A stretch of 64,000 nucleotides of DNA from Eimeria praecox. Taxonomy: Eukaryota. Position 1 is the stretch's first letter; every line of letters begins with the position of its first letter. The stretch lies in the NCBI GenBank assembly GCA_963920595.1, contig OY986948.1:62001-126000 (forward strand), in the 5' to 3' direction. Position numbers and translations under genes: made by a program. This document shows, in pieces, positions 53,801 to 64,000 of the stretch. A model generated the notes under the pieces. It ran no database searches. It saw only the letters and a program-made list of their open reading frames with translations, and had not been told where the DNA came from.

Positions 53801-56800
53801 TGCCTCCAACGCCTCCCACAAACTCCATGAGCCCGATACGCACTTGCTGGGCCGGCTGATGATCAAACATGCTTCCGTACGCACATCACATTCATCCACA
53901 CCTTGCTCGCGCGCTCTGCGCCCTCCCTCCCATCGCCAATAGCAATTCTGTCCCTCCTACACAACTACGACCAACCACGTGGGAAAGAGCTGGAATGCTT
54001 AGATGCCTCTGCACATTTCGCAATCCCAGCTCCCCAGCAATTCGATGCAAATGCCTCCAACGCCTCCCACAAACTCCATGAGCCCGATACGCACTTGCTG
54101 CACCGGCTGGTGATCGAACACGTTGCCCTCCGCACCTCACATTCATCCACACCTTGCTGGCGCGCTCTGCGCCCTCCCTCCCATCGCCAATAGCAATCCT
54201 CGCCCTCCTACACAACTACGACCAACCACGTGGGAAAGAGCTGGAATGCTTAGATGCCTCTGCACATTTCGCAATCCCAGCTCCCCAGCAATTCGATGCA
54301 AATGCCTCCAACAGCTTCCCACAAACTCCATGAGCCCGATACGCACTTGCTGCACCGGCTGGTGATAGAAAAACGTTGCCCTCCGCACCTCACATTCATC
54401 CACACCTTGCTGGCGCGCTCTGCGCCCTCCCTCCCATCGCCAATAGCAATTCTCTCCCTCCTACGCAACTACAACCAGCCACGTGGGAAAGAGCTGGAAT
54501 GCTTAGATGCCTCTGCACATTTCGCAATCCCAGCTCCCCAGCAATTCGATGCAAATGCCTCCAACGCCTCCCACAAACTCCATGAGCCCGATACGCACTT
54601 GCTGGGCCGGCTGATGATCAAACATGCTTCCGTACGCACATCACATTCATCCACACCTTGCTCGCGCGCTCTGCGCCCTCCCTCCCATCGCCAATAGCAA
54701 TTCTGTCCCTCCTACACAACTACGACCAACCACGTGGGAAAGAGCTGGAATGCTTAGATGCCTCTGCACATTTCGCAATCCCAGCTCCCCAGCAATTCGA
54801 TGCAAATGCCTCCAACGCCTCCCACAAACTCCATGAGCCCGATACGCACTTGCTGCACCGGCTGGTGATCGAACACGTTGCCCTCCGCACCTCACATTCA
54901 TCCACACCTTGCTGGCGCGCTCTGCGCCCTCCCTCCCATCGCCAATAGCAATCCTCGCCCTCCTACACAACTACGACCAACCACGTGGGAAAGAGCTGGA
55001 ATGCTTAGATGCCTCTGCACATTTCGCAATCCCAGCGCCTCCGCACGTAGATGCAAATGCCTCCAACAGCTTCCCACAAACTCCATGAGCCCGATACGCA
55101 CTTGCTGGGCCGGCTGATGATCAAACATGCTTCCCTCCGCACCTCACATTCATCCACACCTTGCTGGCGCGCTCTGCGCCCTCCCTCCCATCGCCAATAG
55201 CAATTCTCTCCCTCCTACGCAACTACGACCAACCACGTGGGAAAGAGCTGGAATGCTTAGATGCCTCTGCACATTTCGCAATCCCAGCGCCTCCGCACGT
55301 AGATGCAAATGCCTCCAACAGCTTCCCACAAACTCCATGAGCCCGATACGCACTTGCTGGGCCGGCTGATGATCAAACATGCTTCCCTCCGCACCTCACA
55401 TTCATCCACACCTTGCTGGCGCGCTCTGTGCGCTCCCTCCCATCGCCAATAGCAATCCTCTCCCTCCCACGCAAGCAAGTGCGACCAGCCACGAGGGGAA
55501 CGGCTGATATGCTTAGATGCTTCTGCATATCTCGCAATCCCAGCTCCTCAGCAATTCGATGCAAATACCTCCAACAGCTTCCCACAAACTCCATGAGCCC
55601 GATACGCACTTGCTGGGCCGGCTGATGATCAAACATGCTTCCGTCCGCACCTCACATTCATCAACACCTTGCTGCCGCGCACTGTGCGCTCCCTCCCATC
55701 GCCAATAGCAATCCTCTCCCTCCCACGCAAGCACGTGCGACCACCCACATGGGGAAGAGCTGGAATGCTTAGATGCCTCTGCACATTTCACAATCCCAGC
55801 TCCTCAGGAATTCGATGCAAATGCCTCCAACGCCTCCCACAAACTCCATGAGCCCGATACGCACTTGCTGCACCGGCTGGTGATCGAACACGTTGCCCTC
55901 CGCACCTCACATTCATCCACACCTTGCTGGCGCGCTCTGTCCGCTCCCTGCCATCGCCAATAGCAATCCTCTCCCTCCCACGCAAGCACGTGCGGCCAGC
56001 CACATGGGGAAGAGCTGGAATGCTTAGATGCCTCTGCACATTTCACAATCCCAGCTCCTCCGCACGTAGATGCAAATGCCTCCAACGCCTCCCACAAACT
56101 CCATGAGCCCGATACGCACTTGCTGCACCGGCTGGTGATCAAACACGTTGCCCTCCGCACCTCACATTCATCCACACCTTGCTGGCGCGCTCTGGGCGCT
56201 CCCTCCCATCGCCAATAGCAATCCTCTCTTTCCCACGCAAGTACGACCACCCACGTGGGAAAGAGCTGGAATGCTTAGATGCCTCTGCACATTTCGCAAT
56301 CCCAGCTCCCCAGCAATTCGATGCAAATACCTCCAACAGCTTCCCACAAACTGCACGAACCCGATACGCACTTGCTGGGCCGGCTGATGATCAAACATGC
56401 TTCCGTCCCCACCTCATATTCATCCCCATCTTGCTGGCGCTCTCTGTGCTCTCCCTCCCATTGCCAATAGCAATCCTCTCCCCCCCACACAAGTACGACC
56501 AGCCACGTGGGAAAGAGCTGGAATGCTTAGATGCCTCTGCACATTTCGCAATCCCAGCGCCTCCGCACGTAGATGCAAATGCCTCCAACAGCTTCCCACA
56601 AACTCCATGAGCCCGATACGCACTTGCTGGGCCGGCTGGTGATAGAAAAACGTTGCCCTCCGCACCTCACATTCATCCACACCTTGCTGGCGCGCTCTGT
56701 GCGCTCCCTCCCATCGCCAATAGCAATCCTCTCCCTCCCACGCAAGCAAGCGCGACCAGCCACGAGGGGAACGGCTGATATGCTTAGATGCCTCTGCACA

Positions 56801-59800
56801 TTTCGCAATCCCAGCTCCTCAGCAATTCGATGCAAATGCCTCCAACAGCTTCCCACAAGCTGCACGAATCCGATACGCACTTGCTGGGCCGGCTGATGAT
56901 CAAACATGCTTCCCTCCGCACCTCACATTCATCCACACCTTGCTGGCGCGCTCTGCGCCCTCCCTCCTGTCGCCAATAGCCATTCTCTACCTCCTACGCA
57001 ACTACGACCAACCACGTGGGAAAGAGCTGGAATGCTTAGATGCCTCTGCACATTTCGCAATCCCAGCTCCTCAGCAATTCGATGCAAATACCTCCAACAG
57101 CTTCCCACAAGCTGCATGAGCCCGATACACACTTGCTGCACCGGCTGATGATCAAACATGCTTCCGTCCGCACATCACATTCATCCACACCTTGCTGGCG
57201 CGCTCTGTGCGCTCTATCCCATCGCCAATAGCAATTCTCTCCATCCCACCCAAGTACGACCAGCCAAGTGGGAAAGAGCTGGAACGCTAAGATGCCTCTG
57301 CACATTTCGCAATCCCAGCTCCTCAGCACTTAGATGCAAATGCCTTCAACAGCTCCCCACAAACTCCATGAGCCCGATATAATCCACCTCCCCAGCACTT
57401 CGATGCAAATGCCACTGGCTATTCGGGGAACCTCCATGAGCCCGATACGCACTTGCTGGGCCCGCTGGTGATCAAACACGTAGCCCTCCGCACCTCATAT
57501 TCATCCACACCTTGCTGCCGCGCACTGTGCGCTCCCTCCCATCGCCGCTAGCAATTCTCTCCCTCCTACGCAACTACGACCAGCCACGAGGCGAACGGCT
57601 GATATGCTTAGATGCCTCTGCGCATTTCGCAATTCCAGCTCCTCAGCGCTTCGTAGCAAATGCCTCCAACACTTCCCACAAACTCCATGAGCCCGATATA
57701 ATCCAGCTCCTCAGCACTTCGATGCAAATGACACAGGCTGTTCGCGGAACTTCCATGAACCAGACACGCACTTGCTGGGCCCGCTGGTGATCAAACACGT
57801 TGCCCTCCGCACCTCACATTCATCCACACCTTGCTCGCGCGCACTGTGCGCTGCCTCCCATCGCCGCTAGCAATCCTCTCGCCCCCGCCCAAGTACGACC
57901 AGCCACGTGGGAAAGAGCTGGAATGCTCCAGCACCTCCCACAAACTCCATGAGCCCGATATAATTCCAGCTCCTCAGCTCTTCGATGCAAATGCCACTGG
58001 CTATTCGCGGAACCTCCGTGAACGCCAAACGCACTCGCTGGCTCCGCTGGTGATCGAACACGTTGCCCTCCGCACCGCACATTCATCCACACCCTGCTGG
58101 CGCGCACTGTGCGCTCCCTCCAATCGCCGCTAGCAATTCTCTCCCCCCCACCCAAGTACGACCAGCCACGTGGGAAAGAGCTGGAATGCTTAGATGCCTC
58201 TGCACATTTCGCAATCCCAGCGCCTCCGCACTTCGATGCAAATGCCACTGGCTGTTCGCCGAACCTCCATGAACCCCTCCATGAACCCGCTACGCACTCG
58301 CTGGGCCCGCTGGTGATCGAACGCGTTGCCCTCCGCACCTCACATTCATCCACACCTTGCTGGCGCGCTCTGTGCGCTCCCTCCCATCGCCAATAGCAAT
58401 CCTCTCCCTCCCACGCAAGCACGTGCGACCACCCACATGGGGAAGAGCTGGAATGCTTAGATGCCTCTGCACATTTCCCAATCCCAGCTCCTCAGCAATT
58501 CGATGCAAATACCTCCAACAGCTTCCCACAAGCTGCATGAGCCCGATACGCACTCGCTGGGCCGGCTGATGATCAAACATGCTTCCCTCCGCACCTCACA
58601 TTCATCCACACCTTGCTGGCGCGCTCTGTGCGCTCCCTCCCATAGCCAATAGAGATCCTCTCCCTCCCACGCAAGCAAGTGCGACCAGCCACGAGGGGAA
58701 CGGCTGACATGCTTAGATGCCTCTGCACATTTTGCAATCCCAGCTCCTCAGCAATTCGATGCAAATGCCTCCAACAGCTTCCCACAAACTCCATGAGCCC
58801 GATACGCACTTGCTGGGCCGGCTGATGATCAAACATGCTTCCGTCCGCACCTCACATTCATCAACACCTTGCTGGCGCGCTCTGTGCGTTCCCTCCCATC
58901 GCAAATAGCAATCCTCTCCCCCCCCTCCAACTCCGACCAGCCACGTGGGAAAGAGCAGGAGTACTTGGACGCCTGTGTAGATTTCGCAATCCCAGCGCCT
59001 CCATACTTCGATGCAAATGCCTCCAACGGCTTCCCACAAGCTGCACGAACCCGATACACACTTGCTGGGCCGGCTGGTGATCCAACATGCTTCCGTCCGC
59101 ACCTCACATTTATCCACACCTTGCTGGCGCGCTCTGTGCGCTCCCTCCCATCGCCAATAGCAATCTTCTCCCCCCCAGACAAGAACGACCAGCCACGAGG
59201 GGAAAACGCTGGAATGCTTAGATGCCTCTGCACATTTCGCAATCACAGCGCCCCAGCAATTCGATGCAAATACCTCCAACAGCTTCCCACAACCTCCATG
59301 AGCCCGATACGCACTTGCTGGGCCGGCTGATGATCAACCATGCTTCCCTCCGCACGTCACATTCATCCACACCTTGCTGGCGCGCTCTGTGCGCTCCCTC
59401 CCATCGCCAATAGCAATCCTCTCCCCCCCATCCAACTACGACCAGCCACGTGGGAAAGAGCTGGAGTACTTAGATGCCTCTGTAGATTTCGCAATCCCAG
59501 CGCCTCCGCACTTCGATGCAAATATCTCCAACAGCTTCCCACAAACTCCATGAGCCCGATACGCACTTGCTGGGCCGGCTGATGATCAAACATGCTTCCG
59601 TCCGCACCTCACATTCATCCACACCTTGCTGGCGCGCTCTGTGCGCTCCCTCCCATCGCCAATAGCAATCCTCTCCCTCCCACGCAAGCAAGCGCGACCA
59701 GCCACGAGGGGAACGGCTGATATGCTTAAATGACTCTGCACATTTCGCAATCCCAGCTCCTCAGCAATTCGATGCAAATGCCTCCAACAGCTTCCTACAA

Positions 59801-62800
59801 ACTGCACGAACCCGATACGCACTTGCTGGGCCGGCTGATGATCAAACATGCTTCCGTCCGCACCTCACATTCATCCACACCTTGCTGGCGCGCTCTGTGC
59901 GCTCCCTCCCATCGCAAATAGCAATCCTCTCCCCCCCATCCAACTACGACCAACCACGTGTGAAAGAGCTGGAATGCTTAGATGCCTCTGTAGATTTCGC
60001 AATCCCAGCGCCTCCGCACTTCGATGCAAATACCTCCAACAGCTTCCCACAAACTCCATGAGCCCGATACGCACTTGCTGGGCCGGCTGATGATCAAACA
60101 TGCTTCCGTCCGCACCTCACATTCATCCACACCTTGCTGGCGCGCTCTGTGCGTTCCCTCCCATCGCAAATAGCAATCCTCTCCCCCCCATCCAACTACG
60201 ACCAGCCACGTGGGAAAGAGCTGGAGTACTTAGATGCCTCTGTAGATTTCGCAATCCCAGCGCCTCCGCACTTCGATGCAAATATCTCCAACAGCTTCCC
60301 ACAAACTCCATGCGCCCGATACGCACTTGCTGGGCCGGCTGATGATCAAACATGCTTCCGTCCGCACCTCACATTCATCAACACCTTGCTGCCGCGCACT
60401 GTGCGCTCCCTCCCATAGCCAATAGCAATCCTCTCCTTCCTACGCAACTACGACCAACCACGTGGGAAAGAGCTGGAGTACTTAGATGCCTCTGCACATT
60501 TCGCAATCCCAGCGCCTCAGCAATTCGATGCAAATACCTCCAACAGCTTCCCACAAGCTGCACGAACCCGATACACACTTGCTGGGCCGGCTGGTGATCC
60601 AACATGCTTCCGTCCGCACCTCACATTCATCCACACCTTGCTGGCGCGCTCTGTGCGTTCCCTCCCATCGCAAATAGCAATCCTCTCCCCCCCATCCAAC
60701 TACGACCAGCCACGTGTGAAAGAGCTGGAATGCTTAGATGCCTCTGTAGATTTCGCAATCCCAGCGCCTCCGCACTTCGATGCAAATACCTCCAACAGCT
60801 TCCCACAAACTCCATGAGCCCGATACGCACTTGCTGGGCCGGCTGATGATCAAACATGCTTCCGTCCGCACCTCACATTCATCCACACCTTGCTGGCGCG
60901 CTCTGTGCGTTCCCTCCCATCGCAAATAGCAATCCTCTCCCCCCCATCCAACTACGACCAGCCACGTGGGAAAGAGCTGGAGTACTTAGATGCCTCTGTA
61001 GATTTCGCAATCCCAGCGCCTCCGCACTTCGATGCAAATATCTCCAACAGCTTCCCACAAACTGCACGAACCCGATACGCACTTGCTGGGCCGGCTGATG
61101 ATCAAACATGCTTCCGTCCGCACCTCACATTCATCCACACCTTGCTGGCGCGCTCTGTGCGCTCCCTCCCATCGCCAATAGCAATCCTCTCCCTCCCACG
61201 CAAGGAAGCGCGACCAGCCACGAGGGGAACGGCTGATATGCTTAGATGACTCTGCACATTTCGCAATCCCAGCTCCTCAGCAATTCGATGCAAATGCCTC
61301 CAACAGCTTCCCACAAACTCCATGAGCCCGATACGCACTTGCTGGGCTGGCTGATGATCAAACATGCTTCCCTCCGCACCTCACATTCATCCACACCTTG
61401 CTGGCGCGCTCTGTGCGTTCCCTCCCATCGCAAATAGCAATCCTCTCCCCCCCATCCAACTACGACCAGCCACGTGTGAAAGAGCTGGAATGCTTAGATG
61501 CCTCTGTAGATTTCGCAATCCCAGCGCCTCCGCACTTCGATGCAAATATCTCCAACAGCTTCCCACAAACTCCATGAGCCCGATACGCACTTGCTGGGCC
61601 GGCTGATGATCAAACATGCTTCCGTCCGCACCTCACATTCATCCACACCTTGCTGGCGCGCTCTGTGCGTTCCCTCCCATCGCCAATAGCAATCCTCTCC
61701 CCCCCATCCAACTACGACCAGCCACGTGGGAAAGAGCTGGAGTACTTAGATGCCTCTGTAGATTTCGCAATCCCAGCGCCTCCGCACTTCGATGCAAATA
61801 TCTCCAACAGCTTCCCACAAACTCCATGAGCCCGATACGCACTTGCTGGGCCGGCTGATGATCAAACATGCTTCCCTCTGCACCTCACATTCATCAACAC
61901 CTTGCTGCCGCGCACTGTGCGCTCCCTCCCATAGCCAATAGCAATCCTCTCCTTCCTACGCAACTACGACCAACCACGTGGGAAAGAGCTGGAATGCTTA
62001 GATGCCTCTGCACATTTCGCAATCCCAGCGCCTCCGCGCTTCGATGCAAATACCTCCAACAGCTTCCCACAAGCTGCACGAACCCGATACACACTTGCTG
62101 GGCCGGCTGGTGATCCAACATGCTTCCGTCCGCACCTCACATTCATCAACACCTTGCTGGCGCGCTCTGTGCGCTCCCTCCCATCGCCAATAGCAATTCT
62201 CTCCCCCCCACCCAAGTACGACCAGCCACATGGGAAAACGCTGGAATGCTTAAATGCCTCTGCACATTTCGCAATCCCAGCTCCCCAGCACTTCGATGCA
62301 AATACCTCCAACAGCTTCCCACAAACTCCATGAGCCCGATACGCACTTGCTGGGCCGGCTGATGATCAAACATGCTTCCCTCCGCACCTCACATTCATCC
62401 ACACCTTGCTGGCGCGCTCTGTGCGCTCCCTCCCATCGCCAATAGCAATCCTCTCCCTCACACGCAAGCAAGTGCGACCAGCCACGAGGGGAACGGCTGA
62501 TATGCTTAGATGCTTCTGCATATCTCGCAATCCCAGCTCCTCAGCAATTCGATGCAAATACCTCCAACAGCTTCCCACAAACTCCATGAGCCCGATACGC
62601 ACTTGCTGGGCCGGCTGATGATCAAACATGCTTCCGTCCGCACCTCACATTCATCAACACCTTGCTGCCGCGCACTGTGCGCTCCCTCCCATCGCCAATA
62701 GCAATCCTCTCCCTCCTACGCAACTACGACCAACCACGTGGGAAAGAGCTGGAATGCTTAGATGCCTCTGCACATTTCGCAATCCCAGCGCCTCCGCACT

Positions 62801-64000
62801 TCGATGCAAATGCCTCCAACAGCTTCCCACAAGCTGCACGAACCCGATACACACTTGCTGGGCCGGCTGGTGATCAAACATGCATCCGTCCGCACCTCAC
62901 ATTCATCCACATCTTGCTGGCGCGCTCTGTGCGCTCCCTCCCATCGCCAATAGCAATCCTCTCCCTCCCACGCAAGCAAGTGCGACCAGCCACATGGGAG
63001 AACGCTGGCATGCTTAGATGCCTCTGCGCATTTCGCAATTCTAGCTCCTCAGCAATTCGATGCAAATGGCTCCAACAGCTTCCCACACACTCCATGAGCC
63101 CGATACGCACTTGCTGGTCCCGCTGGTCATCGAACACGTTGCCCTCCGCACATCACATTCATCCACACCTTGCTGGCGCGCTCTGTGCGCTCCCTCCCAT
63201 AGCCAATAGCAATCCTCTCCCTCCCACGCAAGCAAGTGCGACCAGCCACGGGGGGAAGAGGTGGAATGCTCCACCACCTCCCACAAACTGCATGAGCCCG
63301 ATATATTCCATCTTCTCAGCACTTCGATGCAAATGCCACTGGCTGTTCGTGGAACCTCCATGAACCCGATACGCACTTGCTGGGCCCGCTGGAGATCGAA
63401 CACGTTGCCCCCCGAACCTCACATTCATCCACACCTTGCTGGCCCGCTGTGTACGCTCCCTCCCATTGCCAATAGCAATTCCTCTCCTTCTAAGCAAGTA
63501 CGACCAGCCACGTAGGGAAGACCTGGAATACTTAGATGCCTCTGCACATTTTGCAATTCCAGCTCCTCAGCAATTCGATGTTAATGCCACTGGCTGTTCG
63601 CCGAACCTCCATGAACCCCTCCATGAACCCGCTACGCACTCGCTGGGCCCGCTGGTGATCAAACACGTTGCCCTCCGCGCCTCACATCCATCCACACCTT
63701 GCTGGCGCGCTCTGTGCGCTCCCTCCCATCGCCAGTAGCAATCCTCTCCCTCCTACGCAACTACCAGCAGCCACGTGGGGAAGAGCTAGAATGCCTAGAT
63801 GCCCCGGCACATTTCGCAATCCCAGTTCCTCAGCAATTCGATGCAAATGCCTCCAACAGCTTCCCACAAACTTCATAGGCCCGATATACTCCAGTTTCTC
63901 AGCACTTCGATGCAAATGACACAGGCTGTTCGCGGAACCTCCATGAGCCCGATACGCACTCGCTGGCTCCGCTGGTGATTGAACACGTTGCCCTCCGCAC
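50850..64000 (+). pseudogene. Second decayed LRR pseudogene whose repeat region has expanded into a satellite (runs off the window)
   Basis: The lead-in has LRR-like NILRTLN (~51110-51130) and QELDLL (~51225-51243). The unit translation (ORFs 51371, 54254, 62662) is KLHEPDTHLLHRL / PHLTFIHTLLARSVRSL / SLLRNYDQPRGKELECL / PAPQQFDAN, about four degenerate LxxLxLxxCxxL repeats per 84 codons. Stops or frameshifts occur in nearly every unit. Confidence 0.6.
51290..64000 (+). repeat. Tandem satellite, 251-256-bp unit, about 50 copies, C-rich + strand
   Basis: The anchor cccgatacgcacttgctg recurs at 51300, 51551, 51808, 52059, 52310 and onward to ~63948. ORF offsets of 251-256 are seen, with exact 252 runs at 59848/60100/60352/60604/60856 and 61364/61616/61868/62120. 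Confidence 0.98.

Noticed and set aside
59848..62900. Stop-codon reassignment or readthrough giving a long ORF across exact 252-bp units
   Set aside because: Interspersed 256-bp units, and 251/255-bp units elsewhere, break the frame. The read-through segment also does not follow the LRR consensus.
51290..64000. CRISPR array
   Set aside because: The whole unit repeats. The variable parts are a few recurring alleles rather than unique spacers, and there are no cas-like ORFs.
300..64000. C-to-U RNA editing restoring Leu at the many Pro/Ser positions (ELDP, HEPD, VTPP, APQQ)
   Set aside because: A second-position transition in any Leu codon gives Pro or Ser, so neutral decay predicts this pattern. 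Editing would not repair the numerous frameshifts.

Overview
The window looks eukaryotic and is almost entirely tandem repeat. I see no convincing intact gene; nearly all ORFs in the track are short recurring by-products of the repeats. It holds two adjacent arrays, both reading on the + strand as heavily decayed leucine-rich-repeat (LRR) coding sequence. (1) About 0.3-49.5 kb is a macrosatellite of about 23 units, with a basic period of 1813 bp and variants of about 1.4-4.2 kb. Stitched across frames it gives motifs of the cysteine-containing LRRP/ESAG8-type LRR of trypanosomatids (e.g. LGNLLILILH..TNSCLEQ, QLPAFTTLSSSTTQCLPGRST, SLNLEYSSRIENVTP, TLQDLVL, KGIHILHRL). Units are mosaics of a near-constant segment plus one of several diverged, interchangeable modules, and there is a ~7 kb block duplicated at an offset of 16,659 bp. 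(2) From about 51.3 kb to the window end is a satellite of roughly 50 units of 251-256 bp, each about four decayed LRRs, with alternative alleles assorting combinatorially. About 1.8 kb of single-copy DNA separates the arrays. Stops and frameshifts are shared across copies, so amplification mostly followed pseudogenisation. The trypanosomatid origin and the LRR family assignment are motif-recognition inferences, not search results.
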